A stretch of DNA of 64,000 nt, taken from the NCBI GenBank assembly GCA_964016885.1, contig OZ024740.1, positions 206,088,001 through 206,152,000 of the forward strand, read 5' to 3'. This stretch comes from Eledone cirrhosa (lineage: Eukaryota). Within the stretch, counting starts at the first letter, position 1; each line of letters begins with the position of its first letter. Below are positions 25,033-37,216 of this stretch, one piece after another. The notes under the pieces are model-generated. The model was not told the origin of the DNA, ran no database searches, and was given only the letters and a program-made list of their open reading frames with translations. The position numbers were made by a program, and so were the translations under genes.

Positions 25033-26988
25033 GTAAGTATTTTGTGTTATGCTGTTGTGTGTTGGTTGACAATTTGGCATTTCAAATATTCATTATTTGT
25101 TCATTAACCCTTTTCATACCAAACCACATGAAACTGCTCTGGGTTCTACAATATTAAACTGTTTCTTTTAAAGTGTTGAGATCTATCTAAAAACATGCCA
25201 TATTTTTATATAAGAACCATTGTTACATTCCAGATGCCAGATAAATAATAGTGAGAAAGTTATTTTATTAAATTCCTTCAAATACTTGATAATTTTCAAA
25301 ATTATTTGAAAATCATTCTTAGTGTTTTTCATGGCAAAGAAAGGGTTAAATTTGACTGAAACAGCACTTTTAGTTGTTACTGATTGTTACAAAAGTACAT
25401 CAGACAAAGAATTTGTGCAAAAAGATATTGCCTCTATTGGCAACAAAGAGATTCTCTCTCTGTGGGAAGGAAAGATTGTATGATACTTGTGGACAAAGTA
25501 AGATATTGCTTGGTAGTGATTTATGGGCATTAAATGCAGAGGATGTGTGAAGTCTGGAAGCATGCTCCATTGGATGTGTAATATTAGTTTGCATGAATGG
25601 TGAGGCATAAATAAGTTGAAGAAAAAAGTCGAGTATAATAAAAATCAGTTGTAGTGTGCAGGTGAGAATATTTCTCTGGTGTAGTCATGCAAAAGATAAC
25701 AGTAGGGTAAAGAAGTGCCAAGCAGTCTAAGTAAAAGAAATGTATGAAAGAGTAAATCCCCAAAAAAGAAGTGGTGGAGGCTGATTTCAGACTGCTGAAC
25801 CTCACAAAGAAGATGATAAGAAATTGGAGCAAGTCATGACACACAGTTTAAAAAGACCCATAAAACCCATGAAAGCATGGGCAAAAGGCATACATGGATA
25901 ATGATAATTAGCATCTATTTATAGTAGACATTGGACTTTTCATGAATTCATATTATTAATTCTTTCTAGAGAAATGATATATGAGTCATCATCATCATTT
26001 CCAACTCTCTTCTTTGATGCTTGCCTAAGCTGGATGAAGGCTAGAGTTTTCTTGGTTTCCTGTGGCATTATGCAACATAGTTTCAGATGGAATGCTAATT
26101 CTTCACAGGACTAACTCCCAATTGCTGCTGCTGGTATTCATTTTCAGCTGAGTGGACTGGAACAACATGAAATAAAGTGTTTTGCTCAAGGACACAATGC
26201 ATCACTTGGTCTAGGAATCAAACCCATGACATTATGATTGAGTCCAACACTAGTACATTAGACTTTTCATAAATCCATGCCAGAGAATTGATATATGTAT
26301 TTGTTAATCTATAGACCATAAGATACATATCAACTGAACACAATACCTCTTAATTCAAGTTAATATTCCACAATTTCTAATCTCCTTTGGACGTTGAAAC
26401 TGCTGCTCAAAAAGTTAATATTCTTATCTTGTGTACTTTTGCTTCAAATTGAATGAATATCTGTTGGTTTTGATGATGAGTGTTGCAGTTGTTTGATCAA
26501 CAGATTAACTTGCTCATGAAATTAATGTGTAAGTGGCTGAAACAAGCCAGGGATATACAAACCCTTAATGTAATTTTCTGGGAGATTGTTTGACACATTG
26601 TGTAACAAAGCTGGCCCTTTGAATTATAGGTTGAGTCCATCCAACAGAGTCGAAAGGGTTTCACTCACAAGGCATGGATCAACCCTTGGCTAGGGTAAAT
26701 AACATATAGCCAAGATTCCATGCTGTAGTGTTGAACCCAGGACTTAATGATTGTGAAACAAACTTCTTAACCAGTTGATCATGTCGCACCCACTGTTAAA
26801 ATGTATGAGTGAATGGAATATGTCTTTGACACTGCTGAAAAACTCAGCATCTTGTAAAGTCTTCTTCTTCAAAGGTGTGAGTGAATGGATGTTGGAATGG
26901 ATCTTTGACAATATATTTAACAATGAGTACAATCAAGCTAAAAAGGAATCTATAAACTATATTACACTTCCTTTTGTTGTTTTTCCAG

Positions 26989-27192
26989 TGACTGTGAAGG
27001 CTTCAAGTGTCAATCTAGTGGCCATAGTGGTACCCATCAGTGTTGTGACTCTCATCCTGGTCATCTTAGGTAGTATTCTCCTCGTTCTCTTTGTGCGACA
27101 CAAACGCCTCCAACGCAGTTTCCTTGCCTATGCCAGTAGTCATTATGATCCTCGCTCAGAACGAACAACCTTCAATTCTGCAGAATATCTTG
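26989..27192 (+). CDS. SORL1: SORL1-like exon: transmembrane helix and cytoplasmic tail
   Basis: ttccag| VAIVVPISVVTLILVILGSILLVLFV (TM), then RHKRLQRSFLAYASSHYDPRSERTTF, matching the SorLA KHRRLQSSFTAFANSHY tail; g|gtaagt. Confidence 0.92.
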
Positions 27193-27702
27193 GTAAGTAT
27201 TTTTTAAAATTTTATATATGTATCTCCATCTATCTACCTTCCTACCTCTCTCGCTCTCTCTCTCTCTACACACACACAGTGAAGTAGTTGGTGATAGGAA
27301 GGGCATCCAGTCGAGAAAATTTGCCAAACAAAGGGTTGAAAGGACTTTCATCTGTAATGATTTGCACAACAGAAAAATAGGCATTAAATGATGATAATTT
27401 CTGTTGTTATATCATACACCTTGGGTTTGAGGCAAGAAAAACAAGGAAAACATTTCAACTTTCTGAAAAAGTCATATTTCTATCTCTATCATATTTATAT
27501 GGAGAATAGGTAACACAATTTTTGGCAGTATTTCTTGCAATAAACTGATGTTCTATCCAGCAGAAGTTTATCTCTCACCTACTTTTCACGATATAATCCA
27601 GAGTTACACATCAGATTTACAAACCACTATATTTTTATGGAATCTATATTTGGTCTGAATGAAGGCCTATATGAACCCATATACATTATCTTTGATTGAT
27701 AT

Positions 27703-28036
27703 CAGAGTTTCCCAAACTGGGCGATTTCAGTTGTTGGGTGGGCGATGAGCATCTGAACAGAAAGTGGTGGGCGATTGGAAATTTTGGTGGATGATTATAG
27801 GATTTTGAGTATTAAGAAAGTATTTCAAAATTTGCTACCCTGAAAAAAATATTCTAAGGAGATATGCAAAGAACCTGTATGAAAAAAAAAAGCAAGAAAT
27901 TAAATGGGGAGTAACGAACCAGTAACAAAATTTTACCTAACATTTTTGGTATGCTTTGAAATATTTACGAGGTGGGTGGTGGAAAACTTTTCCATTTGAA
28001 AGTGGGTGAGGATGCAAAAAAGGTTGAGAACCCCTG
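27703..28036. mobile_element. Old hAT-type MITE
   Basis: Imperfect TIRs cagagtttcccaaact / caggggttctcaacct; degenerate 8-bp flanks attgatat / atctatac. Confidence 0.6.
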
Positions 28037-28229
28037 ATCTATACAAACCCATATAGAATATGTTTACATATAATAAATTTATTCTTACTGTGAGCATTTT
28101 AAGCTGTGATCATGTCACAATTACTTCATCAGGATAAGAACAGTGGATATATGTACTTTACTGACATTACAGTCCTGTAGTACTAGCTTACTGACACCCA
28201 GATGCTGAGATATAAAATAATAATGAAAT

Positions 28230-28950
28230 TATTGTGTACAGTGCCCAGATGCACCACAATTCATCAAAGGTGCACGTATAGTACATAGAATAATGTACAA
28301 ATGTCAGGAAAGTGAAAAGTGTATGAGTCATGATATACATGTGTGCATGTGTATAGAGGGGGATAACAGGTGTAGTGTTGGCCAATTTCAGGAAGCATGG
28401 AGGTTTTAAAGGATGCAGTGTCTCAGCAGCTAACAACTGATGCAGGTAGTTTGTTCCATGCTTCAACAACTCTGAGCATGAAAAAATGTTTCCGAAAGTC
28501 ATGGGAGCTGTGCTGTGTTTTCTGAGTTTGTGGGCATGCCCACGTGTGTTAGACATATGGAAATCAAAAAGGTGCTCAGGGTTGTTGTTGGCAAGATAGT
28601 TAATAATTTTGTGGGTGTTAACCAAGTCAGCTGCCAAACATTGGAGCTTCAATGTATTCATGCCCAGGGAAGCAAGGTGTTCAGAGTATGGTAGATGCCT
28701 GATGGAGGGTATTACTTGGTTGCACGTCTCTGAACAGTTTCCAGGAGGTCAATATTCTGAGAAAGATAAGGGTTCTGGACGGGTGATGAAAATTCTAAGT
28801 GTGGCCACACCATAGCTATATACAGCTTTAAATAGATAGCTGGAGAGTGGCTGACAAAGGTCTTTGCTGAGTGATGCCAAAGACACCCATCTTATATATA
28901 TTGTAAACAAACTCATTGTGGTGAAAGCTTGACTAGCTAGTATATTCAAC
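28230..28950 (-). mobile_element. CR1/L2-like LINE 3' fragment
   Basis: DLVNTHKII and NTRGHAHKL motifs typical of CR1-group C-termini; degenerate. Confidence 0.65.
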
Positions 28951-28990
28951 TAGTATATAGCATGATTCTGAATAAGAGTGTTCATGAACC

Positions 28991-29190
28991 NNNNNNNNNN
29001 NNNNNNNNNNNNNNNNNNNNNNNNNNNNNNNNNNNNNNNNNNNNNNNNNNNNNNNNNNNNNNNNNNNNNNNNNNNNNNNNNNNNNNNNNNNNNNNNNNNN
29101 NNNNNNNNNNNNNNNNNNNNNNNNNNNNNNNNNNNNNNNNNNNNNNNNNNNNNNNNNNNNNNNNNNNNNNNNNNNNNNNNNNNNNNNNNN
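28991..29190. other. Assembly gap (200 N)
   Basis: Run of n; true size unknown. Confidence 1.
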
Positions 29191-29629
29191 TGACATAATC
29201 AAAAACAAGAACTTATTTGAAAATTTATTTGACCGATGGTTCCGCCGGACCTTCATCTATAAGTGTAGCAATTTCACCGAAATTTGAACGCACGGTTTAA
29301 GAGGAGATGTGTGCCGAAGGTTTTAGTAGACAGTTTTATATATATAGATTGGATTTCTAGTAATATACATTTATTTTTCTCATGTATAACGTTTTTTTAA
29401 TGTTTAAAAAAAATTAGTTATTGCAGGAATGTTACCAATTAAAATAAAATTTCGCCGGATATAGATTAGCAAAATTTAATAAGTGGTTGGTGGGCTGGAA
29501 AAAAACAGAAAAATTAGTAGGGGTAGGGCATATTATTGGAGACCCGGGAGTATCTAATCTGACTAAGAAGTGCCATTGTCATTTTCCCTCAGATTAACAT
29601 ACCGTAGTTATCAGCATACACACAAGTTG

Positions 29630-30121
29630 AGAAAAAAGGGTTGTGGGAGTAACATTACCCGAGAGGGTGTGTAGCTCAGAGATCAGGGTGTCGTTCAAGA
29701 TAGAACCGTTACTTCTTCACATCGAGATATCACAGTTCTGGTATTATGGTCATGTGGTTAGAATGACTCGGGAAAAAATTGCAGACCAGGTTTTTACAGA
29801 TAAATTCAACTCTCATGACGCAGGGGAAGACTACAAGCAAGATGGTTGGGTAACATCTATGAGCTCAGTTGGTCTCGCTTGGAGATGCAGCCGGTTTAAT
29901 TGGAGACGGTTGGTTCTGATATGACACAATGGGAGGCATATCTGAGGACTTTGACCCCACGACACTCCCACCACCCAGTGAAGAGAGAAGAAGAAGAAGA
30001 AGAAGAAGAAGAAGAAGAAGAAGAAGAAGAAGAAGAAGAAGAAGAAGAAGAAGAAGAAGAAGAAGAAGAAGAAGAAGAAGAAGAAGAAGAAGAAGAAGAA
30101 GAAGAAGAAGAAGAAGAAGAA
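29630..30121 (+). mobile_element. RTE-type LINE 3' end with (GAA)n tail (present in each array unit)
   Basis: IEPLLLHIE..WYYGHVVRM..RW motif of RTE ORF2 C-termini, followed by (GAA)n; homologous to the dispersed copy at 59916-60344. Confidence 0.75.
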
Positions 30122-30185
30122 GCAGTAGCAGCAGCTATAAATGTTTACAGATTGTCTTCTTTTCGATAAACAGATATTGGCCAGA

Positions 30186-30286
30186 GCCCCAGTGGCGCAA
30201 TCGGTCAGCGCGCCGTACTTATAGACATCATTTGGCGCATAACATTGGAAATGCGGAGGTTGCGAGTTCGAACCTCACCTGGGGCA
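30186..30286 (+). tRNA. tRNA-Ile(UAU) with 27-nt intron (30224-30250), unit 1
   Basis: Acceptor GCCCCAG/CTGGGGC-A; A box TGGCGCAATCGG; anticodon stem CCGTA/TGCGG; TAT at 30220-30222; B box GTTCGAAC; downstream T run. Confidence 0.9.
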
Positions 30287-30385
30287 GTTTATATTTTTTT
30301 CGTATATTGTTCATGAAATGTCAAATTAAACTGACAGACGAAGTACTTTTATGATTTGAAATTACGGTAAAATGTTAATATTCTT

Positions 30386-30580
30386 TTTCTTCTTCTTCAC
30401 CAACTTATCCCTGAGAGGGTCGAGGGAAGAGTGCTCAAACACTCCTTCCAGCGGGTCCTTCCAACTGATCCAGCTGGATCTCGAAATGAAACCAGCCAAG
30501 CTCATGGATTTTATGTAACCAACTTATTTGTGGTCTAGCCCCCGACTCCTGCGGTTGGTTTTGCCCGTAAAATCTCTACA
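30386..30580 (-). mobile_element. Inverted 3' end of the same RTE family (present in each unit)
   Basis: Reverse complement of the LINE tail (..KPTGRRP..RW..HELGW..RW..LRTL..) ending in short (TTC)n; best preserved at 40565-40790. Confidence 0.75.
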
Positions 30581-30823
30581 TAAACTTTAAAGATCTCAAA
30601 ATAGCATTCTTTCGTTGTTTTCGAATTTGCTCCATGGTTAAAGTCATTAAAAGTATAATGCTATATGTAATAAAGAAACCATTATTATTATATTAAATGA
30701 ATAAATAATAGATAAATAAAGAAACCATAATGATATATATAATACATATATTGATAAACATGTGTATATCAATATTTTAACAATAATAAAGACTAATGTT
30801 AAAAGGTCGTTGTTAGTGTAGCC

Positions 30824-30915
30824 GCCCGCATAGCTCAGTCGGTAGAGCATCAGACTTTTACGATCTATTCTGTGAAGGTATCTGAGGGTCGCGGGTTCAA
30901 GTCCCTCTGCGGGCG
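30824..30915 (+). tRNA. tRNA-Lys(UUU) with 19-nt intron (30861-30879), unit 1
   Basis: Acceptor GCCCGCA/TGCGGGC-G; TAGCTCAGTCGGTAGAGC; stem TCAGA/TCTGA; TTT at 30857-30859; GGTTCAAGTCC; downstream T runs. Confidence 0.9.
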
Positions 30916-31329
30916 AACTAGATATTTTGCGGTTTCTTTTTTTTAATGTAATTTATTAAATATTTGTTTCACCTATGAAGTTTTCCATATCAGACCCGTA
31001 TCTTTATAAATCATGCTCATCCAGAACTATATAATATCGGCACACACCACCCCTCGTCTAGCGTGTCTCAATCTAAGATACCACACTCTACTTTTCCTCC
31101 AACTCCTAAATTGTGGGCTTCTGGAATTTTCCATATCCCCTGCTCTAAACTAACCATCAGTCAACCACATCTACTCTCGGGTCCCATATAGTAGAGGCTG
31201 TTGGAATAAGTGGTGTTTGTGGAAAATCGGTAACTTTTCTAGGTTGTCTCCGTTCATGTATTTAAAAACCAGAATTAGTCGTTTATTTTACATATTCAAC
31301 CCCAACTGGTCCTATTTATTTTATAAATT

Positions 31330-32300
31330 ACTAGCAGTAAAGCCCGGCGTTGCTCGGGGTCGCTCAGTAGCTGTGTTAAACTACAATGTTAAGTTTCTTT
31401 TTTGGCTTAAAGTCTGTCTGCACGCCTAACGAAATTTACAGATACATATATTTTAAATAAACTTATATAATTTTTGCTCTGTTTTACGAAATATTTGCTT
31501 GTTTTACGTAGTCTTTAAATAGACTTGTTTTCAAGTAAAAATATTGTTTTAAAAGGCTTTTAAATGGAAATGAAGCAAAACGGAAGCTTAGTGTTCGAAG
31601 TGATGAATTTTGCAGGTCAAAATTTTGCTGGCTCGACAACTGTTCGTGTATTGTGTTAATGTCATTTTAAACGCTGAGAAAGCCAGCGTAATTTTTTTAA
31701 TTTTTGCACGCAGTAAGACGCTCAATGTAAACAGAACAAAGGGAAATAACTCGTCACTTACGCTCAAAAATCGATACATTAGATTCGATTTCGTCACATA
31801 GGGTGGGTCAATTTGAAATATTATTTTTCCGATGTCTTCGCTAGGGCTCAAAGTACAAGTATAGCAATTTCGGTGCAATTCCGTCAGAGATTCTAAGAGG
31901 AGATGTGTGCCAAAAATCGATAGACAGACAGACAACCACAGCTTTATATATATAGATGACATAATCAAAAACAAGAACTTATTTGAAAATTTATTTGACC
32001 GATGGTTCCGCCGGACCTTCATCTATAAGTGTAGCAATTTCACCGAAATTTGAACGTACGGTTTAAGAGGAGATGTGTGCCGAAGGTTTTAGTAGACAGA
32101 CAGACAACCTCAGTTTTATATATATAGATGACATAATCAAAAACAAGAACTTATTTGAAAATTTATTTGACCGATGGTTCCGCCGGACCTTCATCTATAA
32201 GTGTAGCAATTTCACCGAAATTTGAACGCACGGTTTAAGAGGAGATGTGTGCCGAAGGTTTTAGTAGACAGACAGACAACCTCAGTTTTATATATATAGA
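31330..32300 (+). mobile_element. Non-autonomous Helitron/Helentron-like (DINE-1/Lep1-type) element with triplicated 3' end
   Basis: 5' actagc..cccggcgttgctcggg hairpin; (GACA)n and tttatatatatagat 3' ends ~171 bp apart. Other units show the empty site aaatta|ttggattt. The same 3' end occurs at 29191-29348. Confidence 0.65.
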
Positions 32301-33012
32301 TTGGATTTCTAGTAATATACATTTATTTTTCTCATGTATAACGTTTTTTTAATGTATAAAAAAAAATTAGTTATTGCAGGAATGTTACCAATTAAAATAA
32401 AATTTCGCCGGAGATAGATTAGCAAAATTTAATAAGTGGTTGGTGGGCTGGAAAAAAACAGAAAAATTAGTAGGGGTAGGGCATATTATTGGAGACCCGG
32501 GAGTATCTAATCTGACTAAGAAGTGCCATTGTCATTTTCCCTCAGATTAACATACCGTAGTTATCAGCATACACACAAGTTGAGAAAAAAGGGTTGTGGG
32601 AGTAACATTACCCGAGAGGGTGTGTAGCTCAGAGATCAGGGTGTCGTTCAAGATAGAACCGTTACTTCTTCACATAGAGATATCACAGTTCTGGTAATAT
32701 GGTCATGTGGTTAGAATGACTCGGGGAAAAAATTGCAGAACAGGATTTTACAGATAAAGTCAACCTTCATGACACAGGGGAAGACTACAAGCAAGATGGT
32801 TGGATAACATCTATGAGCTCAGTTGGTCTCGCTTGGAGATGCAGCCGGTTTAATTGGAGACGGTTGCTTCTGATATGACACAATGGGAGGCATATCTGAG
32901 GACTTTGACCCAACGACACTCCCACCACCCAGGGAAGAAGAAGAAGAAGAAGAAGAAGAAGCTATAAATGTTTACAGATTATCTTCTTTTCGATAAACAG
33001 ATATTGACCAGA

Positions 33013-33113
33013 GCCCCAGTGGCGCAATCGGTCAGCGCGCCGTACTTATAGACAGCTTTTGGCGCATAACATTAGAAATGCGGAGGTTGTGAGTTCAAAC
33101 CTCAGCTGTGGCA
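33013..33113 (+). pseudogene. tRNA-Ile(UAU) unit 2, probably defective
   Basis: 3' end reads CTCAGCTGTGGCA: mismatches in the T stem (65) and acceptor stem. Confidence 0.7.
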
Positions 33114-33539
33114 GTGTTTATTTTTTTTTTATATATTGTTCATGAAATGTCAAATTAAACTTACAGACGAAGTATTTTTATGATTTGAAATTACGGTAAA
33201 ATTTTAATATTCTTTTTCTTCTTCACCAACTTATCCCTGAGAGGGTCGAGGGGCAGAGTCCTCAAACACTCCTTCCAGCCGATCCTCTTAGGATCAACTG
33301 CCTCCAACTAATCCAGCTGATTCTCCAAATGAAACCAGCCAAGCTCATGGATTTTATGTAACCATCTTGTTTGTGTTCAACCCCCAGGTCTCCTGCCGGT
33401 TGGTTTTGCCCGTAAAATCTCTACATAAACTTTAAAGATCTTAAAATAGCATTCTTTCGTTGATTTCGAATATTCTCCATAGTTAAAGTCATTAAAAGTA
33501 TAATGTAATAAAGAAACCATTATTATTATTATAAATGAA

Positions 33540-33730
33540 GGGCGGTGAATTGACAGTATCGGTAGAGGGTTGGACGCCATGCTTTCCAGCATAGTTACGT
33601 CCCTTTTCAGTCTCAGTTCAAATCCCGCCGAGGTTAACTTTGCCTTTCATCCTTACGGGGTCGATAAAATAAAGTACCAGTAATGTACTTGGTAATTGCT
33701 GGTCTTGTGCCAGAAGTAGAAACAATTATT
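33540..33730 (+). mobile_element. tRNA-derived SINE (Deu/Nin-like core) inserted in unit 2
   Basis: A/B boxes and gcctttcatcc..ggtcgataaa..gtacc core; absent from the other units. Family copies at ~241-573 (two), 857-1060, 4165-4345, 19241-19432, 47086-47286 and 57986-58172 (-). Confidence 0.8.
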
Positions 33731-33864
33731 ATAATAAATGAATAAATAATAGATAAATAAAGAAACCATAATGATATATTTAATACATATATTGATAAAC
33801 ATGTGTATATCAATATTTTAACAATAATAAAGACTAATGTTAAAAGCTCAGTGTTAGTATCGCC

Positions 33865-33956
33865 GCCCGCATAGCTCAGTCGGTAGAGCATCAGACTTTT
33901 ACCATCTATTCTGTGAAGGTATCTGAGGCTCGCGGGTTCAAGTCCCTCTGCGGGCG
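33865..33956 (+). tRNA. tRNA-Lys(UUU) with intron, unit 2
   Basis: Same as unit 1 except variable loop GGCTC (G46C) and one intron change. Confidence 0.8.
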
Positions 33957-35242
33957 AACTAGTTATTTTGCGGGGGTTTTTTTAATGTAATTTATTAAAT
34001 ATTTGTTTCACCTATGAAGTTTTCCATATCAGACCCGTATCTTTATAAAACATGCTCATCCAGAACTATATAATATCGGCACACACCACCCCTCGTCTAG
34101 CGTGTCTCAATCTAAGATACCACACTCTACTTTTCCTCCAACTCCTAAATTGTTGGCTTCTGGAATTTTCCATATCCCCTGCTCTAAACTGACCATTAGT
34201 CAACCACATCTACTCTCGGGTCCCATATAGTTGAGGGTGTTGGAATAAGTGGTGTTTGTGGAAAATCGGTAACTTTTCTAGGTTGTCTCCGTTCATGTAT
34301 TTAAAAAGCAGAATTAGTCGTTTATTTTATATATTCATTTCCAACCCGTCCTATTTATTTTAAAAATTATTGGATTTCTAGTAATATACATTTATTTTTC
34401 TCACGTATTATGTTGTTTTAATGTATAAATAAATTAGTTATTGCAGGAATGTTATCAATTGAAATGAAATTTCGCCGGGGATACCTTAGCAAAATTTGAT
34501 AAGTGGTTGGTGGGCTGGAAAAAAACAGAAAAATTAGTAGGGGTAGGGCATATTATTGGAGACCCGGGAGTATCTAATCTGACTAAGAAGTGGATATAAA
34601 ACCATTGTCATTTTCCCTCAGATTAACATACCGTAGTTATCAGCAAACACACAAGTTGAGAAAAAAGGGTTGTGGGAGTAACATTACCCGATAGGGTGTA
34701 GCTCAGCGATCAGGGTGTCGTTCCAGATAGAACCGTTACTTCTTCAGATAGAGATATCACAGTTCTGGTAATATGGTCATGAGGTTAGAATGACTTGGGG
34801 AAAAAATTGCAGAACAGGTTTTTACAGATAAAGTCAACCTTCATGACACAGGGAAAGACTACAAGCAAGATGGTTGGATAACATCTATGAGCTCAGTTGG
34901 TCTCACTTGGAGATGCAACCGGTTTAATTGGAGACGGTTGCTTCTGATATGACACAATGGGAGGCATGTCTGAGGACTTTGACCCCACGACACTCCCACC
35001 ACCCAGGGAAGAAGAAGAAGAAGAAGAAGAAGAAGAAGAAGAAGAAGAAGAAGAAGAAGAAGAAGAAGAAGAAGAAGAAGAAGAAGAAGAAGAAGAAGAA
35101 GAAGAAGAAGAAGAAGAAGAAGAAGAAGAAGAAGAAGAAGAAGAAGAAGAAGAAGAAGAAGAAGAAGAAGAAGAAGAAGAAGAAGAAGAAGCTATAAATG
35201 TTTACAGATTGTCTTCTTTTCGATAAACAGATATTGGCCAGA

Positions 35243-35343
35243 GCCCCTGTGGCGCAATCGGTCAGCGCGCCGTACTTATAGACAGCTTTTGGCACATAAC
35301 ATTGGAAATGCGGAGGTTGCGAGTTGACACCTCACCTGGGGCA
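35243..35343 (+). pseudogene. tRNA-Ile(UAU) unit 3, defective
   Basis: T loop/B box mutated to GTTGACAC; acceptor 5' strand GCCCCTG mismatched. Confidence 0.8.
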
Positions 35344-35900
35344 GTGTTTATTTTTTTTTTATATATTGTTCATGAAATGTTAAATTAATCTTACAGACGA
35401 AGTATTTTTATGATTTGAAGTTACGGTAAAATTTTAATATTCTTTTTCTTCTTCTTCACCAACTTATCCCTGAGAGGGTCGAGGGGCAGAGTCCTCAAAC
35501 ACTCCTTCCAGCGGATCCTCTCAGGAGCAACTGCCTCCAACTGATCCAGCTGATTCTCCAAATGAAACCAGCCAAGCTCATGGATTTTATGTAACCATCT
35601 TGTCTGTGTTCAACCCCCAGGTCTCCTGCCGGTTGGTTTTGCCCGTAAAATCTCTACATAAACTTTAAAGATCTTAAAATAGCATTCTTTCGTTGATTTC
35701 GAATTTTCTCCATGGTTAAATCATTAAAAGTATAATGCTATATGTAATAAAGAAACCATTATTATTATAATAAATGAATAAATAATAGATAAATAAAGAA
35801 ACCATAATGATATATGTAATACATATATTGATAAACATGTGTATATCAATATTTTAACAATAATAAAGACTAATGTTAAAAGGTCACTGTTAGTATAGCC

Positions 35901-35992
35901 GCCCGCATAGCTCAGTCGGTAGAGCATCAGACTTTTACGATCTATTCTGTGAAGGTATCTGAGGGTCGCGGGTTCAAGTCCCTCTGCGGGCG
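35901..35992 (+). tRNA. tRNA-Lys(UUU) with intron, unit 3
   Basis: Identical to the unit 1 copy. Confidence 0.9.
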
Positions 35993-37216
35993 AACTAGAT
36001 ATTTTGCGGTTTCTTTTTTTTAATGTAATTTATTAAATATTTGTTTCACCTATGAAGTTTTCCATATCAGACCCGTATCTTTATAAATCATGCTCATCCA
36101 GTGCTATATAATATCGGCACACACCACCCCTCGTCTAGCGTGTCTCAATCTAAGATACCACACTCTACTTTTCCTCTAACTCCTAAATTGTGGGGGCTTC
36201 TGGAATTTTCCATATCCCCTGCTCTAAACTGACCATCAGTCAACCACATCTACTCTCGGGGCCCATATAGTAGAGGGTGTTGGAATAAGTGGTGGGTGTG
36301 GAAAATCGGTAACTTTTATAGGTTGTCTCCGTTCATTTATTTCAAAACCAGAATTAGTCGTTTAGTTTACATATTCAGACCCCAACTGGTCCTATTTATT
36401 ATATAAATTATTGGATTTCTAGTAATATACATTTATTTTTCTCATGTATCACGTTTTTTTAATGTATAAAAATAATAAGTTATAGCTGGAATGTTACCAA
36501 TTAAAATAAAATTTCACAGGAGATAGATTAGCAAAATTTAATAAGTGGTTGGTGGGCTGGAAAAAAACAGAAAAATTAGTAGAGGGAGGGCATATTATTG
36601 GAGACCCGGGAGTATCTAATCTGACTAAGAAGTGCCAATGTCATTTTCCCTCAGATTAAATACCGTAGTTATCAACATACCTACAAGTTGAGGAAAAAGG
36701 GTTGTGGGAGTAACATTACCCGAGAGGGTGTGTAGCTCAGAGATCAGGCTGTCGTTCCAGATAGAACCGTTACTTCTCCACATCGAGATATCACAGTTCT
36801 GGTAATATGGTCATGTGGTTAGAATGACTCGGGGTAAAAATTGCAGAACAGGTTTTTACAGATAAAGTCAACCTTCATGACACAGGGAAAGACTACAAGC
36901 AAGATGGTTGGGTAACATCTATGAGCTCAGTTGGTCTCGCTTGGAGATGCAACCGGTTTAATTGGAGACGGTTGCTTCTGATATGACACTATGGGAGGCA
37001 TATCTGAGGACATTGACCCCACGACACTCCCACCACCCAGTGAAGAAGAAGAAGAAGAAGAAGAAGAAGAAGAAGAAGAAGAAGAAGAAGAAGAAGAAGA
37101 AGAAGAAGAAGAAGAAGAAGAAGAAGAAGAAGAAGAAGAAGAAGAAGAAGAAGAAGAAGAAGAAGCTATAAATGTTTACAGATTGTCTTCTTTTCGATAA
37201 ACAGATATTGGCCAGA

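Noticed and set aside
28933-29256. ORFs spanning the N run
   Set aside because: Artefacts of the assembly gap.
30647-30850. Recurrent ~67-aa hydrophobic ORF (MLYRLSYAGG..) in each unit
   Set aside because: Starts antisense within tRNA-Lys and runs through AT-rich spacer; its recurrence reflects the tandem duplication, and a SINE disrupts it in unit 2.
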